The notes under the pieces are model-generated. The model was not told the DNA's origin. It searched no databases and worked only from the letters and a program-made list of their open reading frames with translations. Below are positions 13,012 through 25,464 of a stretch of 64,000 nucleotides of DNA, one piece after another (position 1 is the first letter of the stretch; each line of letters starts with the position of its first letter). Source of the DNA: Utricularia gibba (lineage: Eukaryota; Plantae; Magnoliophyta); NCBI GenBank assembly GCA_002189035.1, contig NEEC01000018.1, positions 186,001-250,000 on the forward strand. The letters are read 5' to 3'. A program made the position numbers and the translations under genes.

Positions 13012-13287
13012 TTTATTATAGAAGTATCATTATTTTGTAAAGTAATTCATAAATCTAACACATTTTACAAAAAAAAAAAGTAAGATAATTTAAAATTTAG
13101 AAAAAAAATTCAAATAAAATGCTAAACAAAAATACTAAGACATATACACCACTGATTATCTCCATCCCACCCCCACGGTGACTACCCGCGTCTCGTGTTT
13201 CAAAGTAGGTTTTGAACAACAATTAAATGACATGTGTATTATCTTTTATTAATTTATGCTAACCCCAAATACAAGTTACCGGTATCC
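13012..13287 (+). repeat. Copy 2 of the 275-bp direct duplication
   Basis: See 11449-11723. Confidence 0.95.
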
Positions 13288-13908
13288 AGCTGTCGGTTAA
13301 CGAATTGATTTAAAGCACAGCTTTGAAGTAAGAGATTTTTCATGCGAATGAAATAAAAGATACGTTTTTGCTGAAGCAAATGAAATGAGAGGCAGAGATC
13401 TTACGCAAGAGACCAGAAAGACAATGCTTTGCCCTCATTAGAGACTCGCGGAAGGTCTCTCCATCAACATCGCAGAGTATATGCAGTGCACCACAAGAAC
13501 TACAACATCCTTCTTGGATGAGCGCAGGAGAAGGATCCTACAACGCTCATGCCAAGATTTAACTTGGTTCGTCTTTGGGAACCTACTAACGAGGTAGATG
13601 TTGAGATGCTCATGGTGTCAAGTGTGAAGATGAGGCTCGTACTGCTGCAGTTGAGCCCTCCAACCACAAAATTTGTGGAGAAGTAATGATGAATAGTTAA
13701 ACCGGGTAAAAAGGAAGCTGTTTCAGCCATTCCAGGTGTTGGAAATAACTGCAATCAATGCTATCATCAAACTTTAATGTAAAACTGTGCTCGATTTCTA
13801 CTCCTACATGTGAGCAATTCACTCAAAGTTAAATTCTAGAAGCATAGTTTACAAATTACGGCCCTGCACTACTATTTTGTGGATCAACCAACCAAGCAAT
13901 CAATGCTA

Positions 13909-15359
13909 TCACCACAGTGTGCTTACCCCATCCGACATCAGAGAAGATGCGGCGGCAGCAGCAGTTGAAACAACTCCCGTAGAGACTCCCGGCTTGGATA
14001 GGTGAAGCAGCCTGAAAAATAAGTGATTGATGGCAACTGAAAGAAACAAAAAGAATACTTCGTAATGAAACTTACTCATTACAACTTACGCTGCAAGATA
14101 TTCACAGAAAGAAGACATGGCTAAAGCAACCTCTGAATAGTTTTCAGATGATGCAGGAGCTGTAACTTCAACAAGCTGAATACCGGGTGTCACAGGAACA
14201 GCTTCATCTGTCATGTGCAACTTCGGCATTTTGTTGATCGAAGAAACAGTCACAGTTATCTGAGCACCTCTGTAGAAACAGAAGGAAGATCCCACTCGCA
14301 ACAGCTCATGGTCCAGCTTGTACCCAAGAGCGTAGAACAAACGGAGTGCATTTTTGCTTACTTTGCTTTCCACCATAGTTCTAACAAGCACCGAGATTTG
14401 TTCAGCACCAGACCCTCGCATAGCACCACCAATGTGTCGGACCATCCTGACAAGTTCTCAACATTTTGCATCATACTCTATAAGCGGAAATATGAGACAT
14501 GAAAGAGCCCTCCCTCCTTACCAAGTTGGCTCAGGACGCTCAAGATCACAGAGAAGCCGAACTTCTGATGATACCAATCCTGCAAGACCGAGAAGGTGAA
14601 TCTCATAATCTGCTAAAGTGAGGTACAGTTTTCACAATACTAGTGCTCAATAAACTAAAACCACAAAAATTGTATCTTGCAGCATGATATTACACCTCAC
14701 TTGCACCTGGATTTCACACGGCAGGAGGAAATTACTATATCTTGGAGACATGAGAAATAGTAGTCAAACTTCATGCGTGTTTTATATGATGTTTCGCTGC
14801 AATTTTGTGAAGCATGCAGATGTAATTTCCTAAGCAACATGTTAGGTTTTTCAAAAAAGAAAGTTGCATATGCACTTCTCTTCAACTTCAAAATTTCAGG
14901 GACATACTGAAATGAAATTACACCCAATTTTGAAATAATAAAACAGTAGCTAACACAAAAATATATAAAAAAAGTTCTACAAAAGATAAAATGAAGTTCA
15001 ATACCGAGATTAGGGACACTTTTCAAGCACAATTCATGAGTCCTCAAAATCTCCTTATGAACGCCAGTGAGTCCTAGAAGAAGAATCTCCAGAGCCTCCA
15101 CATGCTGCAGAAAGACATCCAATAGCTAATAAACATTCAAGAAAACGGAACCAGCGAAGCTACAGAAAAAAAACTGACAAAAATCTGAACTTCAAAAATC
15201 GCATTTTGCATCACGTATATAAAAAATAGAGCACCCTTTAAGGTGTGACTTCATTGTTCTGAAAAAGGTGAAAGGTACTCAAATTGCAGATCATTCGCGA
15301 AGACAAATTCAAAAAGCTCTTACTTTGGTCTCGATGATTCCCTGAACCACGCACTCCAT
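13909..15359 (-). CDS. MED18: Mediator of RNA polymerase II transcription subunit 18; 5 coding exons, 217 aa
   Basis: Exons 15359-15324, 15104-15005, 14579-14522, 14446-14090 and 14011-13909 are all GT..AG and in phase. The protein MECVVQGIIETKHVEALEILL...HIGGAMRGSGAEQISVLVR...LGYKLDHELLRVG...VPVTPGIQLVEVTAP closely matches plant MED18. Confidence 0.96.
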
Positions 15360-17129
15360 TTGGAACGTTTGCCCTGTCGGAAATGAATGCTTCGTCAATT
15401 GGGAATAGGGCTTTAGACAGCAACAATTGTAATAAAAAAAGAATTACACAAGCCATTAGTGTCTTTTCTACCACAAAATTTTGCATAAAAATAACGACGG
15501 TAATAGTTACAATTAACAGCTAGAACTGGTTCAGTTTATACTCAATCGCCTGTTTAAAGCTGGAAATTCTCAGTGAGACTCTAAGCAGCCATTGGCGCAT
15601 TAGAGCAATGGATTATCAGCCTGCTTTAATCTTGAAAATGCAATCACTACGATGAAGATACAAAGCAATAGATTCCAGAAACACTAATGCCGTCACAGCA
15701 ATAAATTTATCAATTAAGAAAGAAGCAAAACCGGCTGTCAGCGAATCGCAATAGTGTTTCGTCTCTAAATACTTCAAAATCGACACGGAAAATGGAACCC
15801 GAGACTTGACCTTGACCACTTGGTGCTGCCTATCCGATTCCAATCAGCCGACCAGAAGAAGTACTCTGGGGAACTGAAAACTTGGGGAATGAAGTTAATT
15901 ATTTGAAGTATTTATTTTCTGATTTTTAACTGAATTTTTTTTATAATGAATTGAATTGGATTGAACCCATGAATATATTATAAAAAATAAAATTAATTGT
16001 TTAAGTTTAATATTTCTAAATTTGATAACTTTTTTTCATTTTTTTTATAAAAATTATGAAACTCGAAAACAAAAAATAATGGTTTACATTTAATCAAATT
16101 GAATAGTGAACTCAACATATGATTTTAAATGTAATAAAAATATCAGTATCCAAAATGTCAATTATCATCCTCTTTTGGATTTTGTGGATTTCTCTAGCAC
16201 CTCGTTACAATGACTACGGGTAGGGGTTACTCACCCATATTGAACAAAGAAGACAATGTCAAATATTGAATTCAAAGAAGCTGCGACGATGGCTTCCTTG
16301 GAACAAAAATAGCGTGCTTAATTGTTGGTCACAAAATATTAAGGAATTCCAGCGGGAACCGGGTGTGCTGCCATCGTGATACTCTCCTCTTATGATGGGT
16401 TCATCATGAGCATCTCGACCGCTTAGGTAAAGACAAGTGTAATAAAAGAAAATCGTTTTTTAAGATGTTGGAGATCAGATACCTTCATTATTGCTTTTTC
16501 TAAAACACCCTTTATGTATTGTTGGCATTATGGTCGCCTGGGGTAGAAGTGAAGTTAAAGAGGCAAAAGAAAAACTCAATTGCGAGAAGAGCACAATAGA
16601 AATTGAAAGTAAAAGGTAATAAATTAAAAAATATTTTTAAATACCTTGTGACATATGTAATCAAGTGTGTTTTTGCACTACAAACTCTGTAAAATGCTGC
16701 ATGAAAGTAGTGAATACTCTTTTGAGCTCTTTTTCTTGTGGAAGAGCTTGCCATCAAACTCAACATGATATCAAATCAAACAAGATTGTCTACCAGCAAA
16801 ATCAAGTGTTAAGCTGATAAGTGAAAATTTTGCAAAGTGGGTATAAATTATAATTTTGTATCAAATAAAATTTTGAACGCCTACTCTTCACAAACTACGT
16901 ATCAAATAAAACTCCAATCAAGGAGGTGTGATCTATTGTTTACCCCATATTCAATTGTGAATATACCAGCGACGAAAAGATCTAGAGAAGCAGTGAAATG
17001 CCCCGACAGCCCCGATCAACCAAATGATTTCATGGGAGATGAAAAAAAGAGAGCACCAGGGAAGGAAGCAATAAGGAAGAAACGACAAGAAGCATGTTCA
17101 TTCTTGTAGAAGAACAAGGAAGTCGGCTT

Positions 17130-17760
17130 CAGGCAAATATTGATTCTGGTTAAGACTAGCAAAGAGTACTCATTTCATTCTCTTTTTTTTTTTCATTTTC
17201 TAACACCCTATTTATGGCTATTTCCTTTAACTTGTGATAGTAGTTATGAACTTGTCTAAGTCTTCGGTTTATGAAGTTGAAAGGCTTGCTTTCCATATGA
17301 ATGGCTTAACTTATGTGTGATTCTTCAGAGATAAAATAGGTGAATGTGGGTTAGCTTAGGTTCTGAAGTTCATGTGAGCTTGGAGTCTTTACCTAATTAA
17401 TTATGAGATAGATCGAGGAAGGAGAAGGAAAAAGCACTGAATTTGAAAAACCAAAGTTGGAGGTACATTAAAAGGTTAGTATGTAAGTTTATAGGTTAAT
17501 TTTCTCAAACGAAGAACAGTCTAACCAGATAAATTTAGTTTTATTTACCTTAAGAGATGATACACTTATATATAAGATAGTTTAAGAAACCTTAGAATGT
17601 TAATAACCAAAAAATCATACAAATTTCTTGGATAGATCTAAATCAGTTTGGATTGAAAGTTTCATTGAAGTTTTAGGATCAAAAGCTAAACTAGAACCCT
17701 TCTAGATTTACTGAAGCATTACCATCTAAATTTGGTTAATTTATTATTTAGTGGTCGGAG
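17130..17760 (+). mobile_element. Degraded Athila-type LTR fragment
   Basis: Composition and the motif tatgaatggcttaac resemble the atgagtggctaa motif of the LTRs at 61661-62489 and 62810-63958. No termini were found. Confidence 0.3.
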
Positions 17761-17910
17761 AATCGATATATAATTTATATCTTTATTGTTATATTATTAT
17801 TAGTTTTAGGTACAAATTTATTGTACACTTTCTTTTGATTTGTATGGATTAGGTATTATATATTTATTGGAGATGAACATTTATTATTGTGATGACCTTA
17901 GAAGTTTTCG

Positions 17911-18318
17911 TTCCAATGTGGAAAGGTAATTTTATGTCCATAATTGAACAAAGGGTCGTTCAAATCATTGCTTGTCATGATGCACAACTAGCATGTGATA
18001 CTACTTATGTTTATCCGGCGATGACTATTAATTGTCACGATTCCTTTATCAAGAAGCTCCGTCGATATGCGATTCTATTTGCGTTTAAATGACACTGCAA
18101 TGGTGACTATTAGTTGTCATTATAATGTTTGATGATGAAGTTTATAACAGCAAGTGCTTTAGCCTTGTTACTCCATATTAAAGTAGCTTATCAAGATGCT
18201 CATAACAATTAATGGTTAGAGCATAGCTGGTATGTATGCCAAAACTGATTGAGTTTGGTACTTAACAAGTGAAAAGAACGATAGTTTGAAAACACAAAAT
18301 TACCTTTCCACATTGGAA
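17911..18318. mobile_element. Putative MITE defined by a perfect 23-bp terminal inverted repeat
   Basis: 17911-17933 TTCCAATGTGGAAAGGTAATTTT is the exact reverse complement of 18296-18318. No clear TSD. Confidence 0.55.
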
Positions 18319-18521
18319 GTAAAATAAGAACTATAGGAAAAGGTGGGGATTGTTACTTCTTAAAGCTTCTAGAAGACTAGCGGGCATGCACTTGAAGCAA
18401 GTGCTCTAGCACGAAAAACGGTTGCTCATGTGCTAGAGGTGTTGGCTCATCAGGCAGGATAATGACCTGTTGGTTGGACATGGGCTTCTGCAATTTCTCA
18501 TCCGGTACTGATGTTTGTACA

Positions 18522-18661
18522 TATTAGAAATAGTCATCATTAGCTACTAGTAGACTCTGTAATTAGCTGTTAGTCTATAAGTAGAAATTAGTCGTTACAC
18601 ATTAGATATATAAATACATCTCATATATGTAATAGATATAAGAATTGTTTGTTTTCTAGCA
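18522..18661 (+). repeat. 5' LTR of the copia element (140 bp)
   Basis: TATTAGAAATAGTC...TTCTAGCA; about 14 substitutions relative to the 3' LTR over the first ~125 bp. Confidence 0.9.
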
Positions 18662-18674
18662 TGGTATTTGAAGC
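18662..18674 (+). other. Primer-binding site (degenerate tRNA-iMet type)
   Basis: TGGTATTTGAAGC immediately after the 5' LTR, compared with canonical TGGTATCAGAGC. Confidence 0.7.
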
Positions 18675-18799
18675 ATCTTGCCGATAACCCATTTGGTGCT
18701 AATATTACCCAGGATCTGTATTACGCCCCTCCTACTCCATCTTCTCTTCTCGTAGACTTCACTTCTCCATACTATGTTGGTCCTGGTGATACTTGAGAA

Positions 18800-21700
18800 C
18801 TCATTCTCACTCACCCACCACTAGATGCCCACAATTATCCTCAATGGACTCGTCATGTTCACATTGGTCTTTATACTCGAAATAAATTGCCTTTTATTGA
18901 TGGCACCTTATTGGAATCATCTCTGAATGACCCATCTCACTATCATTGGCATAGATGCAACTCTATTCTTTTGGCCTAGTTTAATCGATGCATCGAACCC
19001 TCTATTCTCTCATGCATCTTCTTCAAATGCACTGCCTATGAAATTTGGGTTACTCTTGAGCGGCAATTTTCTCGCCCAAATCATCAATGGGTCTGTCAAA
19101 TTCATATTTCTTTGAGACTCTTAATACAAGGGAGTAGTTTAGTGGGCTCATTTTTTACTCAACTTAGTGCCCTTTGGGAAAAACTCCTTGTTGTGAGACC
19201 TTTGCCTCTTTGTACTTGTGGAAGATGTAACCCAGATTGCTTTGAGATTTTCCACATCTGAATCAAACGGAACCAATGTTACAAATTCCTCAATTTGTTA
19301 AACTCTGAGTTTGACTCTATCCATTCCAACATTCTTCTTCTCGAAACTCTACCATCTATGGGCTCCATTTATGGCATGGTACTCCAAGAAGAAAAGCAGA
19401 TTAGAGATACACAACCACTTCTTTTGCTACCACCTATGTCTGCGCTTGCTATACCACCAAAACCACATCAAGCACAATCAACATCGAAAACACTCACTGT
19501 GGAATGTCCAACCACAAGGAAGAGTACTATAAAATTGTTGGATACCCATCCAAAAATCCCAAAGATAAGGGAAAGCGGCCGAAAGCATCAAAAGAAGAAT
19601 CTTCTTTGTCCAATGCTCATCATATTACATCATAGGAAGGAGATAGCCACAGCCAACAACAAGAGAGTCGTGATAGCTTATCCGTGTTAACTTCAGACCA
19701 AATCAAAGCTATCATGATTCTACTATAGAAACATCTAGAGAGTGCTGATAATCTTCACTCCACCTCTATTGCAGTGAACTCTACCTCCTAGCAAGGTCAT
19801 TTTGTAGGTATTTATTTTTCAAAAAGTATCTTGAATCGTAATCCAAAACATGATACTTGGATAATTGATTCAGGTGCAAACGACCAAATTTGTTTTGATC
19901 TATCTTTATTTTCTAGTTATAACAAGATAAAATAGTATGTTCGTATATCTAATGGGTTGACAATTTCTGTAACACATATAGGCACTGTTAGAAGTTCACC
20001 TACTATAATTTTACGACATGTCTTGCATATTTCAAAATTTACTGTCAATTTAATTTCAGTGCATAAGCTCAACATATAAAATAATGCTCGTGTTATATTT
20101 GAAATTAACATCTATCATATCCAGGAATTGTCTATAAGGACAACGATTTGTATGGGTAAACAAAATGATTCACTCTACTACTTGGACAATATTTTAATTT
20201 GATTCTCTTCTGCTTCAAACGTTGTTATGCCAACTGTTGAGAATTCGATACACTCTATTTCCAATATTCGCTTATGTAGACAATTTGATATTTGGCATTT
20301 TCATTTAAGAGATCCTTTGCATGATGCACTAACATATATCACAAAGTATTCTCCACACATTAGAAGTTCACGTGATAAAATATGTCTTATGTGCCATCTT
20401 GTAAGCATCAAAGACTTCCATTTCATGTTAGTTAAATTGTCTCAAAAGAGAAATTTGAAATTGTTCACATTGATACATGGGGACCATACTCACATTAATC
20501 TTTAGATGGTTTTAATTCTTTTTTAACCATTGTTGATGATTATTCTAGAGTTACTTGAACTTATCTCATGAAAATCAAGGAAGAGGCTCGTGACCTAATT
20601 CCTGCCTTTATATCCATGGTTTGCACACAGTTTGATAAAGTGGTTAGATTATTCGATCAGATAATGCTCCTAAATTCAATTTGAGAGAGTATTATGCATG
20701 CCATGGGATTTTCGTCATAAATCATGTGTTGAAATGCCTCACAAAATGCAGTGATCGAAAGGAAACATCGACATATACTTGTAGTGGCATGAGCTTTGAT
20801 GTTTTAAAGCCATCTACCACTTTATTCTAGGCAAATGCAGTGCTAACACTAACACACCTCATCAATCAAATTCCATGACGATCACTTGGTTACATTACCC
20901 CATATGAAAAACTCACTGATAAAGTACCAATGTTTAGTCACTTACAAGTTTTTGGCTCACATTGTTTCGCCTCAACTCTGAAATCTTCTCACAAAAATTT
21001 GATCCATGTGCACGCACATGCTTTTCATTGGATATCCTCATGGAATCAAAGGATACCAATTATATGATCTTCATACTCACAAAATAATTGTTTCTCAAGA
21101 TGTCATTTTTATGAAAACATTTTTCCTTTCAATCCTAAATATCATCAATTTTTAAATATTCCTCTGTTATGAAATAATTTTCTACTAAATACATAGTTGT
21201 CTACTAATTGTGCTGTAGAGGCACTGTTTCCTTGTACTTCTTCTACAAGAATTTTTGGCACACCTCCACTCTTCCCAACTCCTTTTGATGATATTTCTAT
21301 AGGTAATCATAAGTATGGGGCCGAGACTAGTCACATGGATCACATGGGCCCTCCTTCATTATTTGAACCTTCTTCACATACAAACTCCAATGAAGGTGAC
21401 AACTAGCAAGATAATTATGTGAATCCTGTGAATCATGACTTCTCCTCTCACCATTGACCTCGACGTCGAACTCAGCTACTGAGACGATTTAATAATTATC
21501 ACTCGTCATACACCCCTCATCTCAAGGAAAGCCGTGAAGGGTTTACTACAATTCTCTCACATATTGATGAACCCACCTCTTACAATCAAGCAATTCGATG
21601 GAAACATTGGCAAGAAGCTATTCAAGTAGAACTTCATGCCCTTTCAGACAATCAAACGTGGACTATTACATATATTCCATGAGGCCAGCTTACAATCAGA

Positions 21701-23149
21701 AATCGTTGGATATTTAAGACCAAACTGCAATCTTAAACTGCAATCTGATGGGACTATTGAGTGCCACAAAGCACGTCTTGTCGCTAAGGGATATAAGCAA
21801 ATCAAAGGCTTTGACTATAAGGATACCTTTAGCCCTATCGAAAAACCAGCCACAGTTCGTGTGCTCTTCTCATTTGCAGCTATGCAAGGATGGAATCTCA
21901 AGCAACTAGATATCAACAATGCATTGCTTAATGGTGAGCTTAAAGAAGTGTTATATATGGATATTCCAAAAGGTCTTCAACTCACCAACAAGGAATCATA
22001 ATTGCCAACTCCAGAGAATAAGTTGGTATGCCATCTTCATAAGTCCATTTATGGCTTGAAACAAGCCTCTTGCTCATGGAATTCAAAATTCACTGAAGTG
22101 CTTCTAAGCTATAGGTTTATTTATTCTCCATTCAACCATTCACTTTTTACGAAAGTTGAAACATATAGGAACATCCTCGCACTATTGGTATATGTGGATG
22201 ACATCCTTCTAGGTGGATGGGATTCACATACCATTATTCATTGCACCAAATTTCTTGAGACTAATTTCAAGTTGAAGGATTTGGGGAGGCCTAAATATTT
22301 TTTGGGACTTCAAAATTTCCCAAACACCCTCCAAAATCAGTATTTCGCAATGGAAACATATTTTAGATATGTTCAGTGAGTATGAGATCTCTTGATATAA
22401 ATCGATCGTAACTCCATTGGAAAGTGGCATAATTTTGCATCAAGAAGAAGAAAAACTATTGACAGAACCTCAGCACTATCAAAGTCTAATATGCAAGTTG
22501 ATAAATTTATCATTCACTTAACATGATATTTCTTATACTATTCAAGTTCTATCACAATATATGGAAAAACCCATTCAAACATATATGAGTGCAGGTTGTG
22601 AGTTCTAAGGTATTTAAAAGGTAATCCTGACTTGGGGGGTCTATTTTTATAAGACAAGGGACCTCATGATTTAAGGCTTTTGTGATAGTGATTGGGCAAA
22701 ATGCCTAAATACTCACAGATCAGTTTCTGGGTATACGGACATAATCTTGTAAGTTGAAACTCAAAGAAACAAAACACTATAGCTCGGAGTTCGACTGAAG
22801 CAGAATATCGTGCTATAAGATGGTCAGCTTGTGAAGTTATTTGCTTCAAGGCCTACTTACCAGTTTTAACATCCATATGCCAAAGCCTACTCTATTGTTC
22901 TGCGACAATCAATCTGCAATACAGATTGCAAACAATCTTGTTTTGCATGAAAGGACAAAACACTTCCAAATTGATTGGGATTTTATTCAAGATGAAGTTT
23001 CTAGAGGGACAATTCTCATTGAGCATGTTGGATCAAAGGAACAAATAGCACACATGATGATTAAAGGATTATCATCTCACCAGCATGAATTTCTTGTCTC
23101 AAAAATGGGGATGAAGAACATCCATGCTCAACTTGAGGGGAGCTATTAG
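18800..23149 (+). pseudogene. copia gag-pol pseudogene with many stops and frameshifts
   Basis: gag N-terminus LDAHNYPQW..NKLPFIDG, protease WIIDSGA, RT KARLVAKGYKQIKGFDYKDTFSP, SIYGLKQAS and LLVYVDDILL, RNase H LFCDNQSAIQIANNLVLHERTKHFQID. Confidence 0.9.
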
Positions 23150-23277
23150 AAATAGTCATCACTAGCTACAAGTAGACTCTATATTTAGCTATTAGTCTAT
23201 AAATAGGAATTAGTCATTGCACATTATCTATATAAATACATCTCATACATGTAATAAACATAAGAATTTCTTCTACA
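23144..23277 (+). repeat. 3' LTR of the copia element
   Basis: TATTAGAAATAGTC...TTCTACA, preceded by the PPT. Confidence 0.9.
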
Positions 23278-23929
23278 ATTTCCATTCGGCTTCTACATTC
23301 TTTGTTTTTAGCTACAAGGGTGGTACTTACATTGTAGATTCCCCCAACCTCCTGATTTTGCTTAATGACTATTTCAAATCATGTATTGGAAAATGGAGCA
23401 AGCAGGAAACAATGGCTATAAATCAAAAGAGGAGTTAGGAAAAAAGTAAGACAATCATAACCTGATAAGGGAAAACTGATCAACTACTTGCTGGAGATAT
23501 CTATAATACTTATATATTAGAGGCATTAAAGGAGAGCATGAGATGTACATCTGCCATGCCAAGTGAGCCTTAGTGATGGTGCCGTCAAGTTTCAAGTTTA
23601 TTGTGAGGCCGATTACCTTGTGGGCGACCCTCCACATCCTCTCTTGAGTGTCCACACAAAGGGACCAGGTTTCCCTTCCGCAACTCCGTGTTATCAGAAT
23701 CCCAAATACCTCCCAAAGTCCTTTCAAATTGAATGATTTATACTTTTAATAGGTAGTAGTCATGAGAAAAAAAGGGCTTCAAAAAGAGTATTGGAAAATA
23801 CCATATGAGTCACCAAAAAATAGAATTTAAGAATATTGGTAGAGCTCGAAATAGGGCAAGAGCCACATGGAGTGGGAAGATGAGAGGCTTACAAATTGGT
23901 GAGTTGGGAAATAAAGAAACTGGCTCATT

Positions 23930-24458
23930 CTAAACCAAATCAGTTGACACAAAGACTTTTTAATTGTACTGAAAAATTGCTACATGCCGATAGATCGATA
24001 AGTATCAAAACTCAATAGCGGCAGCCGTTTTTCAGTTTTGAAAAGTAGCCGAATTACAGGGATGTCAGAGTAGTCGATGGTTATTTGTTAGCGGGACACA
24101 GTATGGCTAACAGGCGTAGAAAGTAACAGACACCTGCATAATGTAGAATTCGGACGGATCAGCCTCTTCTATAAATATAAGAATGCTTGAAAAAGAAGGG
24201 GGGAGGGGGAACTCTCGACATTTTGAACTCGTATCCCTCTTTTCCTCCGTTAATGAAATTCTCATTCCCAGCGAGCTCCGATAGCTCTGTGATTTTTCTG
24301 TTCTGTGGTGGTTTCCATATAAAAATCTTTGCATTCCTTTATTTCTTTCGTTCTCAACATCAGCATAAAATTGGAACATCACATATTAGAGTCTATGAAA
24401 CCCCATTGACGACTCAAAATTCAGTCAAAACCGACAAATATGATTTTCAACCGTAACA
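23930..24458 (+). mobile_element. Tat-like solo LTR or LTR fragment, same family as 8484-8950
   Basis: Shares blocks agcggc(a/g)gccgt, gaaaag(c/t)agcc and TATAAATA, plus the identical 17-mer at 24271-24287. Ends CCGTAACA. The 5' start is approximate. Confidence 0.6.
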
Positions 24459-25464
24459 AATGTCAAAACATTGAACAAAAGGATTGTCAAAATTTCTAGG
24501 AACTCTCTAAAAATTGAAATTGCAATAAAAAATAATAATACTGAAAAATTTCCCTTTTAAGGGAATTTGTGCCGAAATGCATCAGAAGCCAAAAATGGCA
24601 TCTAGGAAACCAAATGGGACAATCATGATGTGCACAACATGGATTTCATTTGCAATCAAATGAATTTAATTCAAATAACGATTTACCATGTGAAGGTACC
24701 ACAACCCCATGAAAAGGCACTCACCCCTCATCGGGCACCATACAAAAACTTTCCTCTGTAAGAATTGAACCTTTAGCCTATGCTAGCATTTGCCTAAAGC
24801 ACAAGAGGCTTGTGTTACATAGGTTGAAAAATACTTCTTTGTTTCTCCTTTTAAAATTCAGGTTATCCTTACAAGACAGAAATGTTATCAATATGTGATA
24901 AGGGACCTTTACTAAAGACTAGCCTGATAACGGTTTAGATTGGATTAAACACAATAAATAGGCTTCCCATCTTGAATAAGAAGCCTGATAGAGGGTAACT
25001 ACCATAAGCGTTGGGATTGTCATTCCTTTATACTATTCAAGGGCGATCAATGTCTTTTTATTAAAATGGAGTAACATATTGGTGTTTGTAGAGGATGTTG
25101 CTAAAGGGGAAAGTTACAGTCTAATCATATAAAATTTGGGTACGTATATAAGGAAGAAAAAGGAAGAATATAAGGATCAACTTTTGATAGAAAAAGTGCA
25201 ACCTCCAAGTTTGAGATGACATCCTCTGAGCACGTTTAACTTTTTTCAATGAACTTTGCTCATTTTCTTCACTGGGTTTCTGGTTTTTCTGAGTTAGTAG
25301 CGTTGTTTGACTCACTACTTTTCAAATACTTTAAACCATTTAATGTTACGAAAAACAACCAAAAATCACAACATTTCCCTCAACCCTTGTAATAATGTCA
25401 ATTACATATGGAAACCATCTTAACTGCTGAACTTATCGACCTCCATACAATTCAAGACTATTAT

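Larger units (their letters stand above)
18522..23277 (+). mobile_element. Full-length, degenerate Ty1/copia retrotransposon (Ale-like: short LTRs, about 4.75 kb)
   Basis: LTRs at 18522-18661 and 23144-23277, PBS TGGTATTTGAAGC, PPT GAGGGGAG, and gag, protease, integrase, RT and RNase H relics in copia order. Confidence 0.92.
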
